Below, piece after piece: positions 18,008 through 27,606 of a stretch of DNA of 64,000 bases (the first letter of the stretch is position 1; each line of letters opens with the position of its first letter). A model generated the notes under the pieces. That model searched no databases. It was not told the origin of the DNA and saw only the letters and a program-made list of their open reading frames with translations. The translations under genes were made by a program, and so were the position numbers. This DNA is from a virus. Taxonomy: Duplodnaviria; Caudoviricetes. The DNA is taken from positions 84,057 through 148,056 of IMG/VR virus record IMGVR_UViG_3300030376_006203; one strand, given 5' to 3'.

Positions 18008-18754
18008 TTATTGGTTTGTCAATTCTTCAATTTTCCTCAATATTATTTGAGGATACTGCTCGTTGGTACTCCAAGCACTTAAACCAAATACCATTTTTGT
18101 GATGTTTGGTTCGTATTTGTTTTGGTCTCTTTCTGCTCTGAATTCTTTGTAAGCAGGATGTCTGTTTATTATATCAATCACATCAGATACACTTTGACAT
18201 TTTGTTTCGTATTTTTTAACACCAAATTTAGCATTAGGTATCGCGGCAGGTTTCATGTGTGGTACTTCATCTAAACTCCAAGTCCTTACACCAAACAACG
18301 CATTGCCTTCTGTGGCAAATCTGCTTCTGCCATAGTCTGATTCTATAATTGCCATTGCTACTAATATGTCTCTGTGTATTCTTTGGTCTTTTGGTAATGT
18401 CCAATTTAGATAATCTATACATTTGTTCATTGCCACAACAAAAGTCTTAGGTCCATCAAAGTTGAATTCTGGTTCATGTAAACCAAAACTTTTTGCCATC
18501 TCAACCATTCTTTCATCTTCTTTTTTAATGATTTTCTTGGTTACTATGCTGTTTGGATTGAATGTTCCGTATGTGTATGCCAACACTAAAATAAAAGCAA
18601 ACGCCATAACCTTATAGCAGAACACCTTTACTTTGTGTATTGTTTTTTTAGATGGAGTAAGTTGTTGTTTAACATCACTGATAAACAACTTACTATTGTC
18701 TTTTAGTTCAATAAATTTCTTCTTGATCCAAATAACCATAACATTATTATACAC
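18008..18754 (-). CDS. glucosaminidase-domain (Bax-like) cell-wall hydrolase with a TM anchor
   Basis: AMAIIESDYGRSRFATEGNALFGVR, HPAYKEFR, WST...Y. Confidence 0.8.
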   Translation of the reverse strand: MYNNVMVIWIKKKFIELKDNSKLFISDVKQQLTPSKKTIHKVKVFCYKVMAFAFILVLAYTYGTFNPNSIVTKKIIKKEDERMVEMAKSFGLHEPEFNFDGPKTFVVAMNKCIDYLNWTLPKDQRIHRDILVAMAIIESDYGRSRFATEGNALFGVRTWSLDEVPHMKPAAIPNAKFGVKKYETKCQSVSDVIDIINRHPAYKEFRAERDQNKYEPNITKMVFGLSAWSTNEQYPQIILRKIEELTNQ

Positions 18755-18787
18755 TATTTAGATGTTAAATCAAGAGTTTATTAGTCG

Positions 18788-19051
18788 CTATTTTGCTGGG
18801 TTTTTGAGGTGTTGTTTACAGATTTCGTACCAAAATTGTCCGCCTTCTCTTAACAATTCGTTGTCTACTCGAAGTTTTTCCATGCGTTTATGAATTATCT
18901 TCCACTGATAGTTACTGATGACTTTATTACGTTCTTGAAATTTATCTAAACGCATCAAAACATCATCTATCGTTGGGCAGGTTATGTCAGGCACTTTTGG
19001 AGCCTTTTTCTTCCATTTCTGCCATGCTGTTTTCTTCGTGGGTCTCGGCAT
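18788..19051 (-). CDS. hypothetical protein
   Basis: Start MPRPTKK after AGGAG. Confidence 0.65.
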   Translation of the reverse strand: MPRPTKKTAWQKWKKKAPKVPDITCPTIDDVLMRLDKFQERNKVISNYQWKIIHKRMEKLRVDNELLREGGQFWYEICKQHLKNPAK

Positions 19052-19131
19052 AGTAGACTCCTTTACAACAATATTTAGATTGTTATAGTACAAAGTTTAA
19101 TACAAAGATAAGTTATAAGATGTGTTAATGC

Positions 19132-19452
19132 GTGTGGGAGCCGAAACTCCCACACCTGACTACTTCTGTTGCCCGGCTAGTCTTCTCCGCCAAGTGGCCG
19201 GTTATTAAGCGGCAACCAATTCCGCATCAGCAAATATGCTGACTGGAACTGTCACTTCTGGTTTAAATGCGTTTGCATTTGTAAATGATCCTTTACAGAG
19301 ATCAACTGGTAAACTCCATGTGCTTTTATGCTCCGGTCGAACCTATATCACCCCCTCGAAATAAACCAGACTATTTCAAATGAGCGAATTTGGTGGAGGT
19401 GGTCGGTACTGCCCCGACGTCCCAAAAGTGTATTACACACACTTCAACGCCT
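19132..19452 (-). ncRNA. ssrA: two-piece (circularly permuted) tmRNA; tag ANAFKPEVTVPVSIFADAELVAA
   Basis: Acceptor piece ends GTCGG-GGCAGTA-CCGAC-CACCTCC-A-CCA at 19391; 35-nt intervening segment; coding piece starts GGGGGTG at 19355 (G3-U70 pair); tag ORF 19276-19205 ends VAA-TAA-TAA; terminal hairpin 19132-19155. Outer ends are approximate. Confidence 0.92.
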
Positions 19453-19484
19453 ACAGTGTATTTAAACAGATTTTATATTAAATG

Positions 19485-19682
19485 TCAAGACTTGATTGGA
19501 GACCATCTACCATCAGCACTTCTAACTTTGTCAGAGTGTTTAACTTCAATGGTAAACGTCTTAACGTCTTTGAATTCCTTACCATGTGCGAAAGTAAACT
19601 CATGACCATTGTCAGTTTTACTTTTCCAATAGTGTTGGAAATCATCTATTACAATCTTATTTTTTTGTCTTTTAATTGCCAT
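19485..19682 (-). CDS. hypothetical protein
   Basis: 65-aa ORF between the csp gene and the tmRNA promoter. Confidence 0.6.
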   Translation of the reverse strand: MAIKRQKNKIVIDDFQHYWKSKTDNGHEFTFAHGKEFKDVKTFTIEVKHSDKVRSADGRWSPIKS

Positions 19683-19724
19683 ATGCTTAATTTAACATAT
19701 GTTAATTAAAATGTCAAGTGTGGA

Positions 19725-19934
19725 TTATTCTTTGATGATTTTGATATCGGTAGCAACTTCTCTACCTCTGAACTCTTGTAGTTCGTATTCCACTACATCA
19801 CCATCCATAACTTCTTTTAAGTTAGCGGCTTTAAGAGCAGAGATATGTAAAAAGACGTCTTTACCTTCTACGTCTGGTGTAATGAATCCAAAACCTTTTG
19901 CGGAGTTGAACCATTTTATTTTTCCTTTTGCCAT
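19725..19934 (-). CDS. cspA: cold-shock protein
   Basis: KWFNSAKGFGFI (RNP1) and DVFLHISA (RNP2). Confidence 0.95.
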   Translation of the reverse strand: MAKGKIKWFNSAKGFGFITPDVEGKDVFLHISALKAANLKEVMDGDVVEYELQEFRGREVATDIKIIKE

Positions 19935-19994
19935 ATTTTTTGTCTTGTTCTTTCCTATGCTGTATTTAGTGGATTTTAAAAAATTCGATTGTTT

Positions 19995-20020
19995 GAGTTG
20001 CGGATTTTACACCGCAACTC
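19995..20020 (-). terminator. hairpin downstream of the Hc1-like gene
   Basis: GAGTTGCGG...CCGCAACTC 9-bp stem. Confidence 0.6.
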
Positions 20021-20028
20021 TAAAGTTA

Positions 20029-20205
20029 TTACATAGAGTTTTTCTTCTCTTGTATTTCTTTTCTTCTTAACTTCGTAGCCTTACCTAGTAAGCCTAATGC
20101 TTTTCTGGCTCTTGCCGCCGCCGCTTTTACACCTTTAGTCTCGAATGCTTCAGACTCTGAAATGTAACTTTCGAAGGCTTGTTTTATTTCGTCATGTGTT
20201 GCCAT
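20029..20205 (-). CDS. histone H1-like (Hc1-type) small basic protein, 58 aa
   Basis: Manual translation MATHDEIKQAFESYISESEAFETKGVKAAAARARKALGLLGKATKLRRKEIQEKKNSM; AAGGAG SD; below the ORF-track cutoff. Confidence 0.75.
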   Translation of the reverse strand: MATHDEIKQAFESYISESEAFETKGVKAAAARARKALGLLGKATKLRRKEIQEKKNSM

Positions 20206-20782
20206 GATGTTTCTCCTTTATAACGTTATAAATTTCAGTCCAATTTTTAATTCGTTGAACCAAACTATTATCCTCATTATACACTTGATTGTGAGGAAGG
20301 TCAAGTAGTAATGCTACCAAACCCATTCTACTGCCTAACTCTGCGTTGGCAGGTTTATCTTCTATCCAAATGGTGCCTTCTGGTATTTTGGACAGTGCTT
20401 CATCTTTGTCCGCACCTGTATCTAAACACTCAATCTGTTCAAACACATCACCAAACACTTCCTTAAGATTTTCTTGTCGCAACTGATTCGCTTTTTTATC
20501 CAATGTCTGGCTAGTGATCACGTGAAATTTATAGCCTAAATCCGCTAATTTCTTGACGTTTTCAACTGCTCCTTCAATAGGTTTTAAAAACTTCATCCAA
20601 GCACTCTCATTGAAAATTTTTACCAACACTTCGCATTGACCTTTGTTCATATGATAGTTCATACTAACATCATAATGGTCACTGGCGTGTTTGGGAAATC
20701 CTTGGAAAGCCATCCAATCATCGAAAGATTGCTCCCAATTTAACAATACTCCGTCGCAATCTATTGCTATAATTTTATTCAT
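20192..20782 (-). CDS. HAD-family 5'(3')-deoxyribonucleotidase-like
   Basis: DCDGVL motif I, VITS motif II, WIEDKPAN motif IV. Confidence 0.85.
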   Translation of the reverse strand: MNKIIAIDCDGVLLNWEQSFDDWMAFQGFPKHASDHYDVSMNYHMNKGQCEVLVKIFNESAWMKFLKPIEGAVENVKKLADLGYKFHVITSQTLDKKANQLRQENLKEVFGDVFEQIECLDTGADKDEALSKIPEGTIWIEDKPANAELGSRMGLVALLLDLPHNQVYNEDNSLVQRIKNWTEIYNVIKEKHHGNT

Positions 20783-21069
20783 TATTTAGGTAGTGTAAGT
20801 CCTGATGTACCTTCTCTGTACTGACGTGCCATACCATCTTCTGTTTCTGTGAAGCATACAACATTTCTTTTGTATATTTCAATATCAGAGTTTTGTGGCA
20901 CTGTGAATACAAATGGGCCTAGTCCTATACCTTTGTTAGGTATATTAACTACTGCTCTAGGTTTAGCAATTTTAATTGCTTCATCTGTAATTTCTATCAG
21001 TCTTGCTAACACTTCCTCACCACTCATTAATTTAATAGTGATGATATCGCCTTCTTGTAAACTAGGCAT
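20782..21069 (-). CDS. Sm-like conserved phage protein
   Basis: ITIKLMSGEEVLARL pattern. Confidence 0.65.
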   Translation of the reverse strand: MPSLQEGDIITIKLMSGEEVLARLIEITDEAIKIAKPRAVVNIPNKGIGLGPFVFTVPQNSDIEIYKRNVVCFTETEDGMARQYREGTSGLTLPK

Positions 21070-21319
21070 CCTGTTCTCCTTGTTGGTCTAATAAAGCCTT
21101 CAGTTCAGCAAATCCACCGATGTGTTTATCGTCAGCAAATATCTGCGGAACAGTTCTTGCTCCTGGCACTGCTTCTTGTAACTGTTGAACAGTCCAAGTT
21201 CCATGTGCTATATTTCTTTCTTCGTATTCTATGTTTTTTGATTTTAACAAGTTTTTGGCTTGTTCACAGTATGAACAACCTACGTTGCTCCATACAATCG
21301 CTTTAGTTATCTTTGACAT
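21062..21319 (-). CDS. glutaredoxin
   Basis: CSYC, TVPQIF, IGGF. Confidence 0.93.
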   Translation of the reverse strand: MSKITKAIVWSNVGCSYCEQAKNLLKSKNIEYEERNIAHGTWTVQQLQEAVPGARTVPQIFADDKHIGGFAELKALLDQQGEQDA

Positions 21320-21716
21320 TTGGTATCCTTATTGCTCCTATTCCTTCTTTATGAAGATCTTTTATTTCTTTGTCTGATGCTGTACCGTATATATGGTCAT
21401 CACGTTCTCCCAAAGATGCTTTCCGAGCCTCCTTGGCAAAGTTGTCTCCAACATTTTCACAGTTCTTTTCTACCCATGTCTTAAGATGTTGTAGTGTTGA
21501 CCTGCTGTTATAAAATGCTGTATTAGTTTTTTTGCTTTTTATCTTTTGAGATTTAACATTTACGTTGGGAGCCATTACTGCTCTTCGCACACCTGTATTA
21601 TCACATATTGGACAAGCAATCAGTTTTTTATTTTTTTGGTCCAAATATGATTTCTCTGATGCGAACCATCCTTCAAATTCATGATCTCTAGTACATAGTA
21701 AATTATATTTGGGCAT
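21303..21716 (-). CDS. DUF1178 family protein
   Basis: C..DHEFEGWF.S, CPIC, A.MAPNV, ENVGDNFA.EARK, IYG.A. Confidence 0.85.
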   Translation of the reverse strand: MPKYNLLCTRDHEFEGWFASEKSYLDQKNKKLIACPICDNTGVRRAVMAPNVNVKSQKIKSKKTNTAFYNSRSTLQHLKTWVEKNCENVGDNFAKEARKASLGERDDHIYGTASDKEIKDLHKEGIGAIRIPNVKDN

Positions 21717-21752
21717 AACTTATTATAACTTCTTTAGGATTAAAAGTCAATA

Positions 21753-21938
21753 TTATAGGTGATGTTCTGGTGGTTGAGGTTTACATTCAATTGAACTATC
21801 ATGTTTATCGAGATATAAACTTATACCAATCATTGCTAAACCAAAAATTATTAAAATCCAAAGGAACATTCCATCTTCTGGATGTGTTAATAAATGGATC
21901 AAAACTTCGAGTCCATTCATTGTGTTGAAGTCAGTCAT
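21753..21938 (-). CDS. small membrane protein
   Basis: Single TM segment. Confidence 0.55.
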   Translation of the reverse strand: MTDFNTMNGLEVLIHLLTHPEDGMFLWILIIFGLAMIGISLYLDKHDSSIECKPQPPEHHL

Positions 21939-23038
21939 TATAATGAGAATTTTTTAAATTGACCTTTTTGTACGTCTTGTTTGATACCACCAACAATGTA
22001 AGATTCTACTTCTGTTTCTTGTGGTGCTACCTGCATACCTTTTGATGATAACCAATGCTGTGTCCAAGGTAAAGGATTTTGTGATGCTGACACATCATAT
22101 ATTGGATCATAGCCTAATGCTCTTAATCTTTTGTTAGCAATCCATTCTACATATTGTCCTAAAAGTTTTTCATTTAGACCAATTAAAGAACCATCTTTGA
22201 ATAAATGTTTTGCCCATGCCTTTTCTTCATCAACACAATCTTTAAACATTTGGATCACAGTTTTTTCTGTACCTTTCATTGCTTTGGTCATTTCAGGATC
22301 GTCACCTTTTTGCCATGCTTTGATAATGTGTGTGGATAGGTTCAAGTGTGTTGCTTCATCTCTAGCAATTAATGAAAGTATTTTTGCTGAACCTTCCATA
22401 AGTTTAAGTTCACCAAACGCAAATGTACAAGCAAATGAAATATAAAATCTTAAACCTTCTAACAAGTTTACTGTGTTCATTGCTAGGTATAGTTGTTTTT
22501 TAAGATCAATCATATCAACCTTTTTACCAACAGCATAATCCAATGCCATTTTACCAAACTTGTCATATTCGCCTGTAACTGATTGTGCTCTTTTTAATAT
22601 CTCTTTATCATTTAATATTGTGTCAAACACTTCACTAGGATCTGAATAAACATTCTTCATGATGTGTGTGTATGAACGTGAGTGAATAGTTTCAAAGAAG
22701 TCCCAAGTAACAATACATCCTTCTAGTTCTGGATTAGACACATAAGGTAAGAACATAAGACTTGGTCCTCTACCTTGTACTGAATCTAGTAGTGTTTGAT
22801 ACTTCAAGTTACTTGTGAATATGTGTTTCTGTTCTGGTCTGAATGATTGATAGTCTGCTCTGTCTTTTTGAAGTGATACTTCTTCTGGTCTCCAAAAATA
22901 ACCAATCATTGTTTGATTCAGTTTGTCAAACTGTGGATATTTAAAATCGTCATATCTCTGCACACCACCATCTTCACCAAAGAACATTGGTTGTTTTGTG
23001 AAATCTATATTTTGTTTATTGAATACTGTTTTTGTCAT
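21938..23038 (-). CDS. nrdB: ribonucleotide reductase class Ia beta subunit
   Basis: FWRPEEV, LDSVQG, FETIHSRSY, EGLRFY, RDEATH, VAPQETEVESY. Confidence 0.97.
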   Translation of the reverse strand: MTKTVFNKQNIDFTKQPMFFGEDGGVQRYDDFKYPQFDKLNQTMIGYFWRPEEVSLQKDRADYQSFRPEQKHIFTSNLKYQTLLDSVQGRGPSLMFLPYVSNPELEGCIVTWDFFETIHSRSYTHIMKNVYSDPSEVFDTILNDKEILKRAQSVTGEYDKFGKMALDYAVGKKVDMIDLKKQLYLAMNTVNLLEGLRFYISFACTFAFGELKLMEGSAKILSLIARDEATHLNLSTHIIKAWQKGDDPEMTKAMKGTEKTVIQMFKDCVDEEKAWAKHLFKDGSLIGLNEKLLGQYVEWIANKRLRALGYDPIYDVSASQNPLPWTQHWLSSKGMQVAPQETEVESYIVGGIKQDVQKGQFKKFSL

Positions 23039-23077
23039 CTAATTTAATTATCAATTGTTTCATAAAATTCTATGGTA

Positions 23078-25456
23078 TTATATTGTACAGGCATCACATT
23101 CACCGTCTTCTAAATCTGCTAATTGTTCTTCTACTGTGGCATCACCGTTTATGTGAACGCCATTCAGTTGTTCAGGCTCTGGTTGTACATCAATTCCTGC
23201 CGGTTGTACATCTTCTTCCTCACCTTTAAAATCATAAGTGTTTTGATAGTATGATGTTTTCCAACCATACTTGTATGCTGACAACATATCCTGGGCCATT
23301 GCTGAAATTGGTACTTCATTGTTTTCATATTGTAATGGATTGTAACTCCAGTTGCCCGATATTGCTTGGTCAAAATATTTCTGCATCATTGCTACAACAT
23401 TGATGTAGCCTTGATTGTTTGGCATCTCCCAAAGTAGTGTATAAGCATTTTTAAGTTTTGGAAAGCCTGGCACAATTTGTTTTAATGGACCTTTTTTACT
23501 TTTCTTGATTGACAGTAATGCTCTAGGCGGTTCAATGCCGTTCGTTTCGTTACTAACAACGGAAGAACTTTCTGATGGCATTTGTGCTGACAATGTTGAA
23601 TGTCGTAAGCCATACTTGGCAATGTCTTTTCTTAAACTTTCCCATGCCATTCTTTGTTTGTGTGGAACAATTTCATCTATTTCTTTTTTGTAGTGATCAA
23701 TTGGCAATAAACCATCTGCGTATTTTGTGCCTTCAAAGCCATCACATTTACCTTTTTCTTGGGCAATGTCATTACTTGCTCTTAATAGATAATATTGAAA
23801 TGCTTCTGTTAATCTATCAACTGAGTCCCAAGCACCTTTGTCTGAATATTTGAATCCTTGTTTTGCCAAGTAGTGTGCCAGTCCAATATATCCAATACCT
23901 AAACTTCTTCTAGATTTTGTAGATACTTCTGCCGCTTTCACAGGATAGTCTTGATACTCTATAATTTCTTCCAATGCTCTTACAGCCAAGTCACATAGAT
24001 TTTCTAAGTCTTCAAGGTTGTTTAATTGTCCAACATTGATAGCACTTAAAATACACAAAGCAATTTCACCCTCTGCGTCATCAATAGCATTGATAGGTGT
24101 TGTAGGCAGTGTGATCTCTTGACATAGATTACTCATTGAAACTTTATCTTTAAATGATGAGTGTGTGTTAGCATGGTCTATATTCATAATATAGATTCTG
24201 CCTGTTTCTGCTCTTTCTTTTAAAAGGTCACTGAATAGTTCTTGTGCTGGAATACTTTTCTTTTTAATTGACGAATCTTTTTCATACTTTTTGTACATAG
24301 CATCAAACTTGTCTGTTCCAAACGCATCATACAATCCAGGCACATCATGTGGAGAAAACAAAGTGATATCTTCTTCATTAATAAATCTTTCATAGAACAT
24401 TTTAGATATTTGTATTGAATAATCTAATTTACGCACTCTGTTGTCTTCTGTACCTTTGTTGTTTTTCAGTACAAGTATGTCTTCAATCTCTTGGTGCCAT
24501 ATAGGAAAGTGAACTGTTGCTGAACCACCACGCACTCCATTTTGTGTACAACATCTCACAGTCGATTCGAATTTTTTTAGGAACGGAATGACTCCTGTGT
24601 GTTGAACCTCCCCACCTCTGATTTTAGCATTGATGCCTCTGATACGTCCTGCATTAATTCCTATGCCTGCTCTTCTGGCAACATATAATCCAATTGCCAT
24701 ATCGCTTGAGAATATACTTGGTAATGTGTCGTCACTGTCAATCAAAACACATGAAGCAAACTGTCTAATTGGAGTTCTAACTCCTGCCATTACTGGCGTT
24801 GGGATATTAATTTTAAATGTTGATATCGCATCGTAGTATTTTTTAACGTATGCCATTCTATTTTTTTTAGGATAATTGGAAAATAATGTTGCCGCAATCA
24901 TCATGTACATATCTTGTGGAGTTTCGAATAGGTCACCTGATGATCTATCTTGTACAAGATATTTGTCTACCACTTGTCTCAAACCTGCGTATGTAAAATC
25001 TAAATCTCTTTCTCTTTTGATCCAAGTGTTCATTTTTTTAATTTCAACTTTGTTGTACTGTTCAACAATGCCTCTATCATAAACACCTGCTTTGATATTT
25101 CTTACAATTAGTTTTAACAACGGCATATACTCATATTGTCCGTGTGCTTCTTTTCTTACGTCATAAGAAAGTAATCTTGCCGCGGCATATTGATAGTTGG
25201 GTGCTTCTAAAGAAATTAAATCATTTGCTGAACGCACTAAAATTTGTTGAACTTCTTTTGTTGTCATGCCATCATAGAATTGAATGTTGGCATTAATTTC
25301 TATCTGTGAACTAGATACACCTGCTAAACCTTCACAAGCCTCTTCAACAACAAAATGAATCTTGTCGATGTCTAAGTCTTCTAACCGTCCATCTCTTTTT
25401 TTAATTTTGATTGCAGATTTATTTGTGATTGTTTCCTTAGACGTATTCAATTCCAT
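23078..25456 (-). CDS. nrdA: ribonucleotide reductase class Ia alpha subunit with ATP cone
   Basis: IKKRDG ATP cone, QFASC, SNLCQE, MPSESSS, KTSYY, C-terminal CDAC. Confidence 0.97.
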   Translation of the reverse strand: MELNTSKETITNKSAIKIKKRDGRLEDLDIDKIHFVVEEACEGLAGVSSSQIEINANIQFYDGMTTKEVQQILVRSANDLISLEAPNYQYAAARLLSYDVRKEAHGQYEYMPLLKLIVRNIKAGVYDRGIVEQYNKVEIKKMNTWIKRERDLDFTYAGLRQVVDKYLVQDRSSGDLFETPQDMYMMIAATLFSNYPKKNRMAYVKKYYDAISTFKINIPTPVMAGVRTPIRQFASCVLIDSDDTLPSIFSSDMAIGLYVARRAGIGINAGRIRGINAKIRGGEVQHTGVIPFLKKFESTVRCCTQNGVRGGSATVHFPIWHQEIEDILVLKNNKGTEDNRVRKLDYSIQISKMFYERFINEEDITLFSPHDVPGLYDAFGTDKFDAMYKKYEKDSSIKKKSIPAQELFSDLLKERAETGRIYIMNIDHANTHSSFKDKVSMSNLCQEITLPTTPINAIDDAEGEIALCILSAINVGQLNNLEDLENLCDLAVRALEEIIEYQDYPVKAAEVSTKSRRSLGIGYIGLAHYLAKQGFKYSDKGAWDSVDRLTEAFQYYLLRASNDIAQEKGKCDGFEGTKYADGLLPIDHYKKEIDEIVPHKQRMAWESLRKDIAKYGLRHSTLSAQMPSESSSVVSNETNGIEPPRALLSIKKSKKGPLKQIVPGFPKLKNAYTLLWEMPNNQGYINVVAMMQKYFDQAISGNWSYNPLQYENNEVPISAMAQDMLSAYKYGWKTSYYQNTYDFKGEEEDVQPAGIDVQPEPEQLNGVHINGDATVEEQLADLEDGECDACTI

Positions 25457-25483
25457 TGTATTCCTATTCTTATTCTATTAATT

Positions 25484-25969
25484 TTATTCTGTATTTATCG
25501 GTTTTTGTATGTGCGTAGTATATTGCAGAACATAGTGTTTGTCAAACTCTGATTTGCTTAATTTTGCCATACTGTAAGCGTCTATATAACAATTCATCAT
25601 TTCAATAATGTAATTAAACTTATGGTTGTTTGAACTATATTCCTTTTTATAAACTGTATGTATCTTAACATTTGTATCTTTAAAATTATCAGTTAATAAA
25701 ACAGTATAACTGACTAAGAGAGAAATGTCAAATATATCATACTCATTTCTTTCAACCAATTGCCAACCTGTAAGCCACGTGCTTTTTTTATAGATATCGG
25801 TATTAGTTTTGGTTCTAGGACAGTGTTGAAAAATATTGACCAATATGTCTATAGGATTATCCACTTCGTTGACAATATTTCTAATGGCTTGCCAATCCTC
25901 TAAACGTTCTGTGTAGTTGCCGTAAAAAATATTAGGCTTATGAGATATTTTGAATTTGTATTGTGACAT
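25484..25969 (-). CDS. hypothetical protein
   Basis: 161-aa ORF overlapping the upstream gene. Confidence 0.65.
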   Translation of the reverse strand: MSQYKFKISHKPNIFYGNYTERLEDWQAIRNIVNEVDNPIDILVNIFQHCPRTKTNTDIYKKSTWLTGWQLVERNEYDIFDISLLVSYTVLLTDNFKDTNVKIHTVYKKEYSSNNHKFNYIIEMMNCYIDAYSMAKLSKSEFDKHYVLQYTTHIQKPINTE

Positions 25970-27551
25970 TGGCTAATTCATTTGCTTGTACTGGAGCAGG
26001 ATTTATTGCTTGTATAACAAGAGTTTCGAAATTAGCGTCAGCATCTTGGTCCGTTAATGATGCTTGGAATATTAATTTATCAGCATTAGTGCCTTGTGAG
26101 TCATAACTGTCACTGATGTGACTTGTAGTATTTTCTTTGTCTATTAATATTTTTAATGTGCCTTTTCTCATTCCTGTGTCTACTGTGTTTTTGTATTGAT
26201 AATTCATGTGAATTGTTTTACTTGTATCTGATGGTAGTTTTAAAAAGTCTGTGTAAGCATTCAATTGTCCTATTGAAAATTTTGTTGTAAAATTAAATTC
26301 GCCTGCGTGTGGTCCTTCGATTTCTGTAATGTAAGGTTTGTTTCCTGTGAAGTCACGTATTAATGTGCTTGTTCTAGAAAAGAAATCATTTGAAGAAATG
26401 TTTTCGTTGCTTTCAAATTTTATAATGCTGTGTACAGGTGCTGTATCTAAACCAGCATCGTTACCAACTTGTAAAAAGTTATTGGTTTGACTTACATTGC
26501 CTTTACCATTTTTAATCCAAATGGCTTGTTTATTGATTTCAATAAATTTAGAATTTGTTACGGAGTTGTTTACTGGACCTGTTGCTTGAGCAACTTGACC
26601 TAACACTGTGTTTTCACCAAATACAATTCCATATCCGCATTCTTCAAATTTTGAATTTTCTACAACATTGTGTTGAATGTCATGGTCACTGCTGACTCCA
26701 TATGAAAAATTAGAAACTGTAATTTTTTCAAAGGTATTATCTTTTGATGTTACTGCTGTTGACGTTGCTGTAAGTTTTATTCCGATTTGTGTACTAACAA
26801 GAGCGGCACCTTGTGCTTGTACCCAAGGACCTTTGACATTCATATCTGTGAATGAACTGTTTTTACAACTTGCCAATACTAAACCTGGTTGAGTTGTATT
26901 GCTTTCTAAAGTCAAACCTTTTAATTCAATATTACTTGCTTGATTCAATGAACTTGTTTGTGCGAGAATGCCTTCTCCGTTAATTGTTTCTAATACAGGA
27001 AACACACCTGTTTGTTTAATCACAGTTTTATCACTGCCATCACCTATTAATGTTGTATAAGGCGGTAATTTTAAACTGTCAGTAATTTTGTATAAACCTG
27101 CTGATAGTTTTAATGTAATTCTTTTTTTGTAGTTGTCAGCATCTTGTGAACTGCTCCAAGGTAGAAATAGTTGATCAATCGCTCTTTGTAAAGACGATGT
27201 ATCGTCAGTTGTACCGTCACCTGTTGCTCCAAATGATTTAGCATTCACTATGTCGTCTAGTCTATCTTGTAAACTTCTTTTAATTGGAGTAGCAGACGTG
27301 GCACCTGTTTGTACATTTGAACCATTTCTATAAGTGTATTGATCACTTAATTCAAACAGATTGTCGTGTTCTGTTAATATTTTAGAATTGCCTACTGCTG
27401 GTGCTCCTTCTGATACTGCGCCATTACCTATGAATAACTCTTGAGTGTCAACTGCCCAACCTAGTTCACCACCTGCTAGTTGTGGTAATCCAGAACCTTG
27501 GCTCTTTCTTCCTCTACGAATCTGTATTCTTGATATTGATACTATTGCCAC
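25938..27551 (-). CDS. putative virion protein / tail-spike with a pectate-lyase-like beta helix
   Basis: N-terminal IQIRRG...LAGGELGWAVDTQELFIGNG; KSFGATGDGTTDDT..LQRAI; beta-helix repeats; TAAATA late promoter. Confidence 0.75.
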   Translation of the reverse strand: MAIVSISRIQIRRGRKSQGSGLPQLAGGELGWAVDTQELFIGNGAVSEGAPAVGNSKILTEHDNLFELSDQYTYRNGSNVQTGATSATPIKRSLQDRLDDIVNAKSFGATGDGTTDDTSSLQRAIDQLFLPWSSSQDADNYKKRITLKLSAGLYKITDSLKLPPYTTLIGDGSDKTVIKQTGVFPVLETINGEGILAQTSSLNQASNIELKGLTLESNTTQPGLVLASCKNSSFTDMNVKGPWVQAQGAALVSTQIGIKLTATSTAVTSKDNTFEKITVSNFSYGVSSDHDIQHNVVENSKFEECGYGIVFGENTVLGQVAQATGPVNNSVTNSKFIEINKQAIWIKNGKGNVSQTNNFLQVGNDAGLDTAPVHSIIKFESNENISSNDFFSRTSTLIRDFTGNKPYITEIEGPHAGEFNFTTKFSIGQLNAYTDFLKLPSDTSKTIHMNYQYKNTVDTGMRKGTLKILIDKENTTSHISDSYDSQGTNADKLIFQASLTDQDADANFETLVIQAINPAPVQANELANVTIQIQNIS

Positions 27552-27570
27552 TTTTTTCTCCTACTATGAG

Positions 27571-27576
27571 TATTTA
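27571..27576 (-). promoter_or_regulatory. T4-like late promoter core TAAATA
   Basis: ATAAATA about 20 nt upstream of the GTG start; the same motif precedes many minus-strand genes. Confidence 0.55.
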
Positions 27577-27606
27577 TCGAGTGTATCGGTAAATTTGAAT
27601 TGATAT

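Noticed and set aside
19390-19605. 71-aa plus-strand ORF, and the ORFs at 63507-63951
   Set aside because: They overlap tmRNA and tRNA genes, which explain the sequence.
21938-25456. Intron or intein in nrdA/nrdB
   Set aside because: Both ORFs are continuous and of normal length, with no splicing or homing motifs.
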